From NCBI GenBank assembly GCA_951406725.2, contig OX597831.1:46066001-46130000 (forward strand): a stretch of 64,000 nt of DNA. Reading direction: 5' to 3'. Position numbers and translations under genes: made by a program. The notes below the pieces were generated by a model. That model worked only from the letters and a program-made list of their open reading frames with translations. It was not told the DNA's origin and did not search any database. How positions within the stretch are numbered: the stretch's first letter is position 1; every line of letters starts with the position of its first letter. Origin of the DNA: Octopus vulgaris (taxonomy: Eukaryota). This document shows, piece by piece, positions 39,384 through 53,200 of this stretch.

Positions 39384-39778
39384 CAGTGCTCCAGAACCGG
39401 TATGCCGCAGCACACTGGTATGTCACGGGACGATGCTAGGTGTGTCACAGTGTAACCTGGGTGAGCTGGCAGAAACGTTAGCACGCCGGGCGAAATGCGT
39501 AGCCGTATTTCGTCTGCCGTTACGTTCTGAGTTCAAATTCCGTCGAGGTCGACTTTGCCTTTCATCCTTTCGGGGTCGATAAATTAAGTACCAGTTACGC
39601 ACTGGGATCGATGTAATCGACTTAATCCGTTTGTCTGTCCTTGTTTGTCCCCTCTGTGTTTAGCCCCTTGTGGGTAGTAAAGAAATATATACTTTAAGTT
39701 ATATTTTTAGTTCCGGTGTGCCGCCGAATTTTGAAAAGAATGTGTACCACAAGGAAAGAAAAAATTTGCGGAGCACTG
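39384..39778. mobile_element. hAT-like MITE interrupted by a SINE
   Basis: TIRs cagtgctcc / ggagcactg; diverged 8-bp flanks gtctaagg / aactaaga. Confidence 0.55.
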
Positions 39779-39853
39779 AACTAAGAGAAGGTAACTCTAC
39801 ACAACCTCTGCATCCGGATAACTAATGAGTTCATGGCACTCGTTGCATTAGAC

Positions 39854-41032
39854 CAAGGGTTCTCAACCATTTTTCGCCTATGAACCCCTTTGATCATCAT
39901 TTTATTCTGCCGGACCCCTGTAGCCATTTGATCTTTAAAAACTAGTTTTATAAAAAAACTTCTTTCAAAATCCCTATTTTGTTTTTCATACATTAACTTG
40001 TGTATGTTAAACTATGTAAAATTTTGAAGAAAGAAATTTAGCTGTTTCTTCCAAAACATACCTATACATCTAAAGCAAATTTTTTCGGGGTGGGGGGCAA
40101 AATACGATTGTGGATCCTCAAACTTTATGAACCCCTAAAAACTTTATGAACCCCTAAAAACTTTATGAACACCTAAAAACTTTATGAACACCTAAAAACT
40201 TTATGGACCCCTAAAAACTTTATGAACACCTAAAAACTTTATGAACACCTAAAAACTTTATGAACCCCTAAAAACTTTATGAACACCTAAAAACTTTATG
40301 AACCCCTAAAAACTTTATGTTGACCCTCAGGGGCCATACAGACCCTGGTTGAGAACCATTGCATGTAAAATGTTGAAGAAAGAAATTTAGCTGTTTCTTC
40401 CAAAACATACCTATACATCTAAAGCAAACTTTTTCGGGGTGGGGGGCAAAATACGATCGTGGATCCTAAAACTTTATGAACCCATAAAAACTTTATGAAC
40501 CCCTAAAAACTTTATGAACACCTAAAAACTTTATGAACCCCTAAAAACTTTATGAACCCCTAAAAACTTTATGAACCCTAAAAACTTTATGAACCCCTAA
40601 AAACTTTATGAACCCCTAAAAACTTTATGAACACCTAAAAACTTTATGAACCCCTAAAAACTTTATGAACACCTAAAAACTTTATGAACACCTAAAAACT
40701 TTATGAACACCTAAAATCTTTATGAACCCCTAAAAACTTTATGAACACCTAAAAACTTTATGAACACCTAAAAACTTTATGAACACCTAAAAACTTTATG
40801 AACCCCTAAAAACTTTATGAACACCTAAAAACTTTATGAACCCCTAAAAACTTTATGAACACCTAAAAACTTTATGAACTCCTAAAAACTTTATGAACAC
40901 CTAAAAACTTTATGAACACCTAAAAACTTTATGAACTCCTAAAAACTTTATGAACACCTAAAAACTTTATGAACCCCTAAAAACTTTATGTTGACCCTCA
41001 GGGGCCATACAGACCCTGGTTGAGAACCATTG
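39854..41032. mobile_element. hAT (Charlie-like) MITE with duplicated 3' half and internal minisatellite
   Basis: TIRs caagggttctcaacc / ggttgagaaccattg; perfect 8-bp TSD CATTAGAC (39846-39853, 41033-41040). Confidence 0.85.
40121..40990. repeat. 19-bp minisatellite AAAAACTTTATGAAC(A/C)CCT, two arrays (~10 and ~27 units)
   Basis: Arrays at ~40121-40319 and ~40468-40990. Confidence 0.95.
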
Positions 41033-41283
41033 CATTAGACCAATACCAGTTTGAAGAACGAGAGAATGGGACTGGCTCTGCACAAACCATGCTTACTGTA
41101 ATAATATTCATCGTGTGAATTGTTCAGCAAATCAATTCACCAGCATAACAATATCACACTTTCGTTATAAATCCAAAGGCTATTGCTTTCTTTTAGACGT
41201 TTCTTGCTGAACTCTCATTCATCGCGGCGCTGAGAATCGAATATAGTTCTGTGCAAATATGTATGAGTACATACGGCTATGTA

Positions 41284-41494
41284 CGAAGGGGTACTGAAAA
41301 GTTCCTGGCTTTAAGGGCGTCGTGAAAGGCCTGGCTGGAGGCTTAGCTTTCCGAGTTCTTTTACAAGGCTTAGGAAAACTGAACGACCGCTGCAAAAAAT
41401 GTGCGTATCTGAGAGGGGAATATGTTGAATAAAATGAATTCAAGCGCCTGTATTTTCTTTTACCCAAAGCCAAGAACTTTTCAGTACCCCCTCG
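41284..41494. mobile_element. mariner-type MITE (second copy ~56806-57018)
   Basis: TIRs cgaaggggtactgaaaagttc / gaacttttcagtaccccctcg with TA flanks. Confidence 0.8.
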
Positions 41495-42177
41495 TATGTG
41501 CTTATATGTGTAGGTGCGTGTGTATATGTACTTTGTTGTCCGCTTGTGCAGGTGTTTATGTACGACATTGCATGAATGCAGGTAGAATTACAATACGAAA
41601 TATATACTTTTCTTATATACAAATGCTATAAGCCAGCACATACATACGGGCATGTTGTTAAACAAGTTTGCTGTATTTGACAATGTGGGCATATATCTAT
41701 TATACAAAAGGCCTTTTGCACAAAATATATCGGATTGCAGAAAGCCGTAAACCAGTCAAGGGAGAGAACTCGCATGCACTCATATTAACATTACGTCCCC
41801 TGATCAGTAAACGCCTTCGCTTGCAGTCTTGGAGCAAAATTTCTCTTAGTTCTGTTAGGCGTTTGTTCCTGATATTCGCATCTTCTACAATGATACAATG
41901 ACAACTGATAAGATTATTGGAACAAACGAGAAAGTTATAGTAAAAAAAATTATTTTAACAGTATTTTGTGGCATAGAAAACCATAAATTTATTCTGACGA
42001 ATACTTTTTTCACCCCTAAATATTTATAATTGTATATAAATTCATTAGTTACTATAATTTATTAGTTTCTTTTGCATATTCTTAGTTTATGCATGTGTAT
42101 GCAAATATAGCATTAAATAAATAAAGCATTTTAAAATGTACGAATAGTTATTCCCCTCCCCCACTGTATATATATAT

Positions 42178-42473
42178 AATTCATAAATGAGGGCAAAGGA
42201 AAAAAATTCTAATGCCAAATATGCCGAAAAATTGGACATATTGTCCATTAACCATATAATTTTTTCACAATACGCACGCCACTCGAAAAAAGGCTAACAG
42301 AAATTTCTAAAAAATTCCGTTATTACCATATCGGAATTTTTTAGAAATTTCTGTCGACCTTTTTTCGGGTAACGTGCGTATTGTGAAAAAATTATATGGT
42401 TAATGGACAATATGTCCAATTTTTCGGCATATTTGGCATTAGAATTTTTTTCCTTTGCCCTCATTTATGAATT
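42178..42473. repeat. Long inverted repeat (~140-bp arms, ~12-nt spacer)
   Basis: aattcataaatgagggcaaagg...aaattccg / cggaatttt...cctttgccctcatttatgaatt. Confidence 0.92.
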
Positions 42474-42578
42474 GTTTATAAATTTAACCGTTTAAGGTAT
42501 TTTTTAATATGCTGGCCATTGCTAAAACTTTTTTCGAGAAAATATATTTTTTTTCGAAAAGAATTTTATCCTCACATT

Positions 42579-42629
<51 letters not shown>

Positions 42630-42631
<2 letters not shown>

Positions 42632-42870
42632 GAAACGTGAGTGCTTCGGAGAGATCATACTGTGGCACCTTACTGAAAGAGAAAAGTGCGATACTTCACA
42701 AGTGGGCCGAATATTTTCAAGAACTTCTGAATTGGATCAACTCCACGGACACCACAACACTTGAAGAGATTCCAGATTTACCTCTCCTGACAACCATCCA
42801 ACATTTGATAAGGTCCAACAGGGCATCTGCAGTATCAAAAGCAAGCAAGAAGTCTTCAGATGAGATTTAC
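42630..42870 (+). mobile_element. RTE LINE fragment between (TA)n tracts
   Basis: KWAEYFQELLN motif. Confidence 0.6.
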
Positions 42871-42872
42871 AA

Positions 42873-42944
<72 letters not shown>

Positions 42945-43991
42945 AGGAAATTAAGGTTTTCTTAAAAATTATGCTTGTTTTATGAATATATTATGAAATA
43001 TTATTATTATTGGGCAGTGTTACCTGCGCTGCATTATACATTTTAACAGGTAAGCAGACAGCTTTACATGCTGCACTGTAAGGTCAGGATGAAGTCAGGA
43101 TAGTCAAAATGGTGGAAGTTATGTGTAAATAGCCGAACTGTGAAACTAACAATTGGCTAGACCTTAGCAAACCTTTATAAGCAGAGATAATTTTACACTC
43201 AGTTTTGTGAGAGTTAAAGTTAATTTTTCTGTGAGACAAGGTCATTCAATTGGATCCTGGAAGCTATGGTTGCTTGTTTAGTTTATGTACTTTGTGCCTT
43301 GTGTTTTATGCCGCCAGGAATTCGTCAGAACTTTTGCTTGTCAGATTTAAATTATTTCTGTGTCATATCTGGGTTACTGCAAAAATCTCTTAAGTTATGC
43401 TATTGTAATATTTATGTGAATTTTGCTAGTTATTTTCTGTTAGGATAAATGTTGAAAAATTTGCATAAATAGATAGAGGGGGTATGAGTTTGATTTTTCA
43501 TGTAGCCAATTTTTTGTATTAGACAACTAAAATGTAAGTTTTGTCTAATGGTTACTCAGCATGCTTGTATGAAGCAGTTTTGTATGAATTTAAAGCAAAC
43601 TAGATTATTTGTTTGACTATTTACTTTATAACTATAATTATTGATGTAGTCTGGCAGTCGTTTTGTATCATGAACTTTTAGTTTAAATGGTTGCCTTGAC
43701 ATTAGATTTATGTTTAGGTCCAAATTTCGAAAATCAAATTTATGAAACCAAATTTCTGAATCCAAATTTCTAAATTGTATATATTTTACTTTTGTAAATA
43801 TTTTGACTGCAGGTCTAGTGAAGCATTAATTTATTTGTTCCAATATATTTGTTTGTATGTTAGTTGTTTGCTTATGCTGATACTTAATTGTTAATATTAA
43901 AAAAAAAACAACTTCATGGTGTGTTGTTGTTTGGATTCACCCCATCATTGTTGGTTGTGTAAATTCGGGTTATGGCCACCAGGTCGTAGCA

Positions 43992-44022
<31 letters not shown>

Positions 44023-44235
44023 TAAATAAAACATATGCATATGTATATAAACATATATGTACGTACCTACCTCTACATGTATATATACACGCATATATGA
44101 GTACAGGACACCAAAAAGACGTCGAACACAATGAGAAACGAAAACATAGACACAAACCCAAGGAACTGGACATTTTTTTAAACAACAAAAAAATAGAGTA
44201 CAGGACAATTAACACAAAGAAAAAAACCCTTATAT

Positions 44236-44520
44236 ATATATATATAGATTAGAAAAAAAAACACCTTTTATCAATTCAATAACGAAAAATTAAATTATAC
44301 CATTTAGAAAAATTACACATTATAGAAAGGTTAAATATAAGATAAAACATATACCAAATATATACGTTTTATTTATTATTTTGCACATTACTTAATCATT
44401 GTTATATGTTTTATCTTATATTTAATCTTTCTATAATATGTAATTTTTCTAAATGGTATAATTTTATTTTTCCTTATTGAATTGATAAAAGGTGGTTTTT
44501 TTTTACTAATTTATATATAT
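44236..44520. repeat. AT-rich inverted repeat (~120-bp arms)
   Basis: acctttta tcaattcaataa...aagataaaacatata versus tatatgttttatctt...ttattgaattgataaaaggt. Confidence 0.85.
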
Positions 44521-44598
44521 TATATTATATTTTGTGAAATTTGATTTAGTATTTCTAAATTGAATTTTTCCCTGTAAGTTTGGAATAATATTCCCTCA

Positions 44599-45415
<817 letters not shown>

Positions 45416-45457
45416 TATAAACACACACACGCACACACACACACGCACACACACACA

Positions 45458-45497
<40 letters not shown>

Positions 45498-45907
45498 CGC
45501 AGGCGTGGCTGTGTGGTAAGAAGCATGCTCCTCAACCACATGATTCTGGGTTCAGTCCCACTACATGGCACCTTGGGCAATTGTTTTCTACTATAGCCCC
45601 GGGCCAACCAAAATGTTATGAGTAGACGCCCGTCCGGCAGTCGCCATGATAGATCGGTAGCCACTACACACATTTTTTCTCTCCTTGTTTCTTTCTGTGT
45701 TCCCCACCATCGTTTGACAACCGATGCTGGTGTGTTTACGTCCGCGTAACTTAGCGTTTCGGCAAAAATGCCGATAAAGTACTGGGGTCGATTTGTTCGA
45801 CTAAAGGCGGTGCTCGAGCATGGCCGTAGCCAAATGACTGAAACAAGTAAAAGTAAAAGAATATAAATAATCAAATGAATAATAACAGACGACGGATAAT
45901 TGTCAGC

Positions 45908-46007
45908 TCATTACAGCTGTTTCGTACGCAGTTTTTATAGAAAAATGAGAACATTACTTCATTACAAAAAAAAAAAAAAAAAAAAAAAAGCCATAATCAT
46001 CAGATGA
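45908..46007 (-). ncRNA. Minimal type I hammerhead ribozyme, stem II decayed
   Basis: Minus strand TCAT-CTGATGA-ttatggc...gcgtac-GAAA-CAGCTG-TA-ATGA. Confidence 0.65.
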
Positions 46008-46473
46008 AACGTAATTTTACAAACAAAAGAATATCCGAAGAATACAGCAGGGATTTGCCTGAAGTCTGTTGAGGCTAACTATGAAATGGGAGAATGACCA
46101 ACAAAGTGGGCGTTGTGAGTATTAGGAGGTGGGGTTAGGTTAAGAATGTAGTTTGCGAAAGGGTGTAATATGATATTTAAAGTCACGGTTCCGGGTGAGA
46201 TAGGAGTCTGCTAAACTGGTTCTTTGGTAGGCTAGGGGTGGGTTGTAGGTGATATTTTATTATACTAAGCTTAGAGAATTGGGTAGCTGGGAGAGAACCG
46301 AAGATAAAGAAAGGATAAAGAATAAAGAAAGTAAGAAGTAGAAGTGAAGAAATATAAATGCATAAATAAGGCATAGGGTCGGGGTTGAGGATTATCTAGC
46401 TATGGATAAAGAACAAAGGGAAGAGGGTAGAGATACACAGATTTTAGGGGCATTCTGTGTATGTGTGTATGTA

Positions 46474-47039
46474 TTGGGTTGTCCGGAAAGTTCGTGCCGA
46501 TTTTTAAAAGAAAGAAATGGGTCAATAAATACTTGCTATTACATTTTTAATCAACCAAATAGAAACCATTTTGTTGCACAATGTGTCTCCATCTTTCTTT
46601 TAACTTGAAAATACCCTTTTCCCAGAATTGAGGTGGTTTCATGGCAAATAATTCATCAAGGTATTTTTTTACGTCATCCAAGGAATTGAAATTTTTACCA
46701 TTAATACTATTCTGCAGAGACCTGTATAAGTGGAAATCCGAAGGAGCAATATCTGGGGAATATGGAGGGTGGGGTAACACATCCCAGCCGAGCTGCAGCA
46801 ATGTTTGTCTGGTTCCCAAAGCATCAAGTGCCGAAAATGAACTTTCTTATCTTCCATTTTAAAGGGTTACAGAATTAACACAGGTTATAGGAACATAAAC
46901 CTTCTTCCACGAAAAGACAACTTAAACTGTGCTCTAAATGGAAGTGTAGTCAAATCCTATTTTATGGACTCAACCATGTTCTAAAATAAGTCGGAAGGTA
47001 AGCTACAATAATTCGGCACGAACTTTCCGGACAACCCAG
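46474..47039 (-). mobile_element. Internally deleted mariner transposon
   Basis: TIRs ttgggttgtccggaaagttcgtgccga, flanked by TA on both sides; WDVLPHPPYSPDIAPSDFHL motif. Confidence 0.9.
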
Positions 47040-47950
47040 TAGTATGAAAATGTGTGTATTAAAATATCTTCCTACATGATATAAATACAAGGAAAAGGGA
47101 TGGCAAAACATATAATTGATCGAAATCCCTGAAGACAATACTTCAGCATGGTGACAGACATTTACTGAAATCAATAAAGAATAACATTTTGCAAAAATAA
47201 ACAGGGTTTTCATTGTAATCGTTATATTGGTGTTTATTACTATGTTTTGACGATGGCCTTATCGTGTCAACACAATTGTTTAGCTAGCTGTATGCAATCC
47301 ATAACTTTGCACGTCTATGAGTAACGATGTTCCAGCCAGAACTCTTCTGTCTTTTGCCAGCTATTATACCTTCTTTGTTGTAGACACTAATCCGTCGACT
47401 TGTTTAACGCAGATACAGTCCATTATGGAAGTCCATACTGTGGTCTATTTTCGTATCAACGTCCTTTTATCTTGTTGGCTTGCTTTCTACAGTAGCTAGA
47501 CGTGATGAACCGTGGGTTTTTCGCCTCTTTCCACTTACCAAATCCAGGAGACATTTTTTTTATGACGGTAAGAAGGTTAGTTGTAATAAGCGCTCTTTCA
47601 TTGGCTGACTTCATCGTTGTTGTAGTTGCTGTCATTAGTACAACAAAGTTATGCTTTTGATGCGAAATACTATGTAGACATTCCATAATCGTCAAATACA
47701 CTTTGATTAGATCCATGGAGGTTAATACTCAGAATATATTTTGAAAACTTTGCATCAATATGATATCGTTTAGTTTTTTTTTAAATCAGAAATTATATCG
47801 TTTGAAGGATCCATGCATATCGGTGTCTCATACGAAAATATTAAATACTTGTTAAAATGATTTGAATTGAGAAGAACTTTGCTTCATTTAACGTAATATG
47901 TATCGCTAGTGAACAATTATAAAATAATAAATTCAAAGAGATTCGATATT

Positions 47951-49009
47951 TTATTTCTCACTTACTGCACGTATTTTACGGAATAAGTGTCCTAATTCGC
48001 TACGAAAGTGTCGGTTGCAAAGTCCATAAATATATGGGTTAATCGCACAGTTGGGGTAATAAGAAAGCAATAGAAAAGCGTTAATTTGGTCGACTTCTTC
48101 AGTTACATTGTCATAGAAATTTTCAATGGACAATTTCCAGAATATTGAAATGAAATGCGGTACATAACTGGTAACCCAGAGCAACGTGATGACGAAGAAA
48201 ATGAAATTGGTTTGAGTTGCGAGCAATGACTGTCTTCTAACATAGCGAAATCTTGGCACGTCTAAAGAAAAATCATCGTGTTGCTTCTCGTCATATGATG
48301 CAAATTTAAGAAGTTGCCTTAGTTTATGTTTTTTTACTTTGTCAATTTCTCCAACACGTACTGCAATTAATGAGTATAATATCATAAGACCAATAAACAT
48401 AGAACACCAACACATCACTCCGATAACATAGTAGGCGAAAGGAAAGATTGTTCTTTTCAAACTATCAGAAATTGCACATATTTCTCCAATATTTCCACAT
48501 TGCTTAACTATCCTCTTTTCTTTTGTGTGTATGAAAAGCATTGGTAAACTGACAAAAGTAGCAAGAACTACTATAAATACTAGCATTTTCTTTGAACTTT
48601 CAATGGTAACTTGTTCTCCAAGAGGTCGACATACAAGTCTATATCTATCGGTTGCTATCAGGATTACAATAAAACCTGAACTGATTACTATTACTGCAAC
48701 AAGAAATACCATGAAGCGGCATAATATATCACTGTGAAACGTGAAGGGATGATGCAAGAGTGCTATGTCGAAGGGCATACATATTGCACAAGTCAGAAGA
48801 TCGCATATAGCGAGCGCAACAACGTACGTCTGTGTAGTCGAAATTTCGAATTTGAAACAGTAGATATAAAAAGTGAAGCAATTTCCAATTATTCCAAACG
48901 TCATAAAAATTGAGAGATATAGTATTACAGGAAAATAGACATCCAGCATTTTAGCTTCTAGTTCTTCTTTAATGTTATCACAAACATTGGTGCTATTATT
49001 TTGGTTCAT
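47951..49009 (-). CDS. Class A orphan GPCR, paralogue 3, 352 aa
   Basis: IIGN, LAICD, TDRY, CGNIGEIC, SYVPH, NPYIY; ATG at 49009 (MNQNNS). Confidence 0.93.
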   Translation of the reverse strand: MNQNNSTNVCDNIKEELEAKMLDVYFPVILYLSIFMTFGIIGNCFTFYIYCFKFEISTTQTYVVALAICDLLTCAICMPFDIALLHHPFTFHSDILCRFMVFLVAVIVISSGFIVILIATDRYRLVCRPLGEQVTIESSKKMLVFIVVLATFVSLPMLFIHTKEKRIVKQCGNIGEICAISDSLKRTIFPFAYYVIGVMCWCSMFIGLMILYSLIAVRVGEIDKVKKHKLRQLLKFASYDEKQHDDFSLDVPRFRYVRRQSLLATQTNFIFFVITLLWVTSYVPHFISIFWKLSIENFYDNVTEEVDQINAFLLLSYYPNCAINPYIYGLCNRHFRSELGHLFRKIRAVSEK

Positions 49010-49095
49010 TTTCTTCTTTTTCTGTCGCTTATCGGGAATATGCTTTGAAACTTTCAAGACAGCGTTCTATTTTGCAGAGATATTTGGTATAGTTC

Positions 49096-49118
49096 CTGGA
49101 AATAGAGAAAACAGTGGG
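49096..49118 (-). promoter_or_regulatory. Putative 3' splice acceptor of 5'UTR intron, GPCR3
   Basis: Minus strand ...ttttctctatttccAG, 86 nt before the ATG. Confidence 0.7.
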
Positions 49119-51103
49119 GAACAATTATTTTAGTCCAAGGAACAGGTAGAAATATTGATTTCAAATTTTGGCATAAGAACAGCAATTGAGGGAGGAGGGA
49201 GTAAATCTGTTACGTCGAACCCAGTGTTCAACTGGTACATATTTAATTGACCCCGAAAGGAAGAAAGGCAAAGTCGACTTCGGTGGAATTTGAACTGAGA
49301 ATGTAAAGACGGACGAAATGCTGCTAAGCATTTTACCCGGCGTGCTAACGGTTTTCCCACGTCACCGCCAAAACTGTTTGAAATATTGGTTTCGAATTTT
49401 GGCCCAAGGCCAGAAATTTCGGGGAGTGTGTGTGTGTGTGTGTGTGTGGGGGGGGTATATGTCGATTACATCGACCCCAGTGCTGGTACTTATTTTATCG
49501 AATCCGAAAGGATGAACGGTAAAGTCGACCTCGGCGGAATTTGAACTCAGAACCTAAAGGCGGACGAAACACTGCTTAGCATTTTGCCCGGCGTTCTAAC
49601 GATTCTGCCATCTCGCCGCCTTAACTGTTTGAAATATTGTGAGTCACTCTGACTGAATAAGAAAACATGGATTTGAATGAAAGCAACAATTATCTTTTTA
49701 AAAAGAAATCTGGTAATTATTCATACCATTTTAATCTTTTATCTTTTATTCTTTTACTTGTTTCAGACATTAAACTACAGCCATGCTGAGGCATCATCTT
49801 GAAAAATTTTACTCAGATAAATCTACCCCCGTACTTATTTTTTAAGTCTAGCACTAATTTTATCGATATCTTTTGCCGAACCACTAGTTTACGGGAACGT
49901 AAATACACCAATACCAGTTGTCAAGTAGTGTTGTGGAGCGGTGGGCGGGGGGGGGACAAACACGGACACAAAGGCACATATACACACACGCACAGATATA
50001 CATCGGGCTTCTTTCAGTTTCTTATTTCTTTACTGCCCACAAGGGGCTACACACAGAGGGGACAAACAAGGACAGACAAACGGATCAAGTCGATTATATC
50101 GACTCCAGTGCGTAACTGGTACATATTTAATCGACCCCGAAAGGATGAAAGGTAAAGTCAACTTCGGTGGAATTTGAACTCGGGACGTAGCGGCAGACGA
50201 AATACCTATTTCTTTATTACCCACAAGGGGCTAAACATAGAGGGGACAAACAAGGACAGACATAGGTGTTAAGTCGATTACATCGACCCCAGTGCGGAAC
50301 TGGTACTTAATTTATCGATCCCGAAAGGATGAAAGGCAAAGTCAACTTCGGGGGAATTTGAACTCGGGACGTAGCGGCAGACGAAATACCGCTAAGCATT
50401 TCGCTCGGCGTGCTAACGTTTCTGCCAGCTCATCACCTTTCAGTTTCTGCCTACCAAATCCCCTCACAAGGTTTTGGTCGGCTCGAGACTGCAGTAGAAG
50501 ACACTTGTTCAAGTTTCCACGCAGTGGGACTGAAACCGGAACCATGTGGTTGGGAAGCAAGCTTCTTACCATGCAGCCATTTTGTGTCTGTTGAAAATGC
50601 GTCCGTACCTATGTGAACGTGTGAAGTGTTTATCTAGTAGCCTAAGGAACATCCTACCTACGCACGTTTTTGCGTTGTGTCTATTGAAAATGCATCCGTA
50701 CCTATGTACCATTCTAGTTAATACTCTTAGGCTAGGGCGGACGCGGGATGTTCATGCAGGGACTACAACAGAAGCCGAGTGGGAGACCATTGCGAAACCA
50801 AGGCAGTTGTTTATGGAGCTGAAGTGGTATCCGAACCTAGTTGCAGTAGCATCAGTAACAGCTTTTCCAAAGACTACGACATTTGTAAAACATTTGTGGA
50901 TATAGGCTTAGGAGTGGTTGTGTGGTAAGTAGCCTGCTTACCAACCACATGGTTCCGGATTCAGTCCCACTGCATAGCACCTTGGGCAAGTGTCTTCTAC
51001 TATAGCCTCGGGCCGACCAAAGCCTTCTGAGTGGATTTGGTAGACGGAAACTGAAAGAAGCCCGTCGTATATATGTATATGTATATATATATATGTATGT
51101 ATA

Positions 51104-51485
51104 TCTCTCTCTATATAAACGGCAGTTTGTCTGTGCGTGTTTCTGTGTGTCTGTTTGCTTGTACCCTCACCCTGACCACGGCTTTCAACCGATTCTGATG
51201 AAACTTGACACACACATAGCCCAATGTCATAATTCAAAACTAACGCAGCGAAAATTTTGAAAAGTTCCCTCAGTTCTGAAAAAAATCGATAAATTCGACA
51301 TGGGGTCGAGAATCAGAAACACAAACCGGAAACTGTCTAGGGGACGCAACTCCACCTTTTTTAACTAAAAAAAAAATTGCCATCATTTTTTTTCCATCTT
51401 TTTGCTATTTTTTGGCTATAACTCTCTAAAAATGCTTTATAGTTATTTCCCTTACAAACCTGAGCAATGCCGGGCGATACTGCTA

Positions 51486-51486
<1 letters not shown>
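51104..51486 (+). mobile_element. Non-autonomous Helitron nested in a SINE's (TA)n tract
   Basis: A|TCtctctctatataaac 5' end; hairpin plus CTAG|T 3' end; the last ~130 bp are shared with 14350-14481. Confidence 0.8.
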
Positions 51487-51545
<59 letters not shown>

Positions 51546-51815
51546 ATATGTTTGTGTGTCTGTGTTTGTCCCCCCAACATCGCTTGACAACCGATGCTAG
51601 TGTGTTTACGTCCCCGTAACTTAGCGGTTCGGCAAAAGAGACCGATAGAATAAGTACTAGGCTTACAAAGAATAAGTCCTGGGGTCGATTTGCTCGACTA
51701 AAAGCGGTGCTCCAGCATGGCCACAGTCACATGACTGAAACAAGTAAAAGAGTATATGTTAAATATCAGACACAAATCAAGAATTAACAGGATATAGTAT
51801 ATAAACCATGAGGTG

Positions 51816-51882
<67 letters not shown>

Positions 51883-52113
51883 GGATCTTTTATATGTCGG
51901 ATAATGATCAACGATGAAAAAGAGATGTTATGTAAGCCATATAGGTATATTCATTTGAGGACTGTTAGATAGCAAACATCAATCGAATTGGCGAGAAACA
52001 ATATATGAGCATTATTTGCGTTTATTTATGCTGTAGTATAGATATACTACAGTATATTTGACATTATTTAACAATTGACAAGAGAGAGTTAATAAACCAT
52101 ATAGAGTGTGTGC

Positions 52114-52149
<36 letters not shown>

Positions 52150-52150
<1 letters not shown>

Positions 52151-52442
52151 GAGGCGCAATGGCCCAGTGGTTAATGCAGCGGTCGTAGGATCGCGGTTTC
52201 AATTCCAAGACCGGGCGTTGTGAGTGTTTATTGAGCGAAAACACCTAAAGCTCCACGAGGCCCCGGCAGGAGGTGGTGGCGATCCCTGCTGTACTCTTTC
52301 GCCACAACTTTCTCTCACTCTTTCTTCTGTTGGCCTGCTCGCTTAGCCAGCGGGGTGGCGTCTTTTGAAGGCTAAAACAATGCGGAGCGCATTGTGACCA
52401 GCGATGTGTAGCAACATCTGATAGCCTGGTCGGTCACGTGAT

Positions 52443-52450
<8 letters not shown>
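52150..52450 (+). mobile_element. tRNA-derived SINE family C between (TA)n tracts
   Basis: ggcgcaatggcccagtggtta A-box and ggtttcaattcc B-box; no complete cloverleaf. Confidence 0.65.
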
Positions 52451-52481
<31 letters not shown>

Positions 52482-52864
52482 CGGTAGGGATGCGGGATTT
52501 GAGTCGCTGCTATTTCCAGCGGTCGAGTGTCCCTCATTGACAAGACCAAGGAAGGTCGAAATCACGTTATCTGGAGGTCTTAGTGCTGGAGTTGACGGGG
52601 ATTTATCTCTCCGCTAGCGGTATAAAACAAGTGTGCATTTTGCGCCAAAAGCCAGTGTGAGAGTTTCTTTCATCGTAACCACTGTTGTATAGTTGGTTCT
52701 TACAGAACATAGAACATCCACGCTTAAGTGGGGATAAATATTACTTCTCGGTTTTGATACTGCCTCTGTTGCTAACACACATACACATACAGACACATAC
52801 ACACACATGCACACACACACACAGACACACACACACAGATAAAGATCGATATGGCCGGTCTATG

Positions 52865-52923
52865 GAGTTACCCTGGGTTTCACGTCCATAAAGCGCTTAG
52901 CTTTATAGCTTTTCTTCAGACCC
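52865..52923 (-). ncRNA. Hammerhead ribozyme immediately 3' of Penelope GIY-YIG remnant
   Basis: Minus strand GGGT-CTGAAGA-aaagCTATAAAGC-taagc-GCTTTATGGacgt-GAAA-CCCAGGG-TA-ACTC. Confidence 0.68.
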
Positions 52924-52974
52924 TAATCTTTGCGTATGTCTTCTCTAGCAAGTGACCTCTCTAGAAAGACTTCG

Positions 52975-53200
52975 TTACACTGTCAACAACAAGAGATTGT
53001 CTCCCTTTGACCACCATTCGTAATTGACCCTGTTGGCGTATGGAACCCAGGACGCCAATAGGAATTTCCTGAAGTGCAAGCAGGTTCCGAAAACCTTCGT
53101 CCGAGAGTTAAGGATGTTCATCGGATCGAGTGAGTCCTTTAATATCCTCGTCCATTCGGCTATGCACAGTTTACAACGCATGGTCCCGTTTATGTAGGGG
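52975..53200 (-). mobile_element. Penelope-like GIY-YIG endonuclease C-terminal fragment
   Basis: RCKLCIAE...ILNSRTKVFGTCLHFRK matches the CxLCxxE...LNxRxE...CxH tail. Confidence 0.75.

Noticed and set aside
40121-40990. CRISPR-like appearance of the 19-bp array
   Set aside because: Head-to-tail units with no unique spacers, eukaryotic context, no cas genes.
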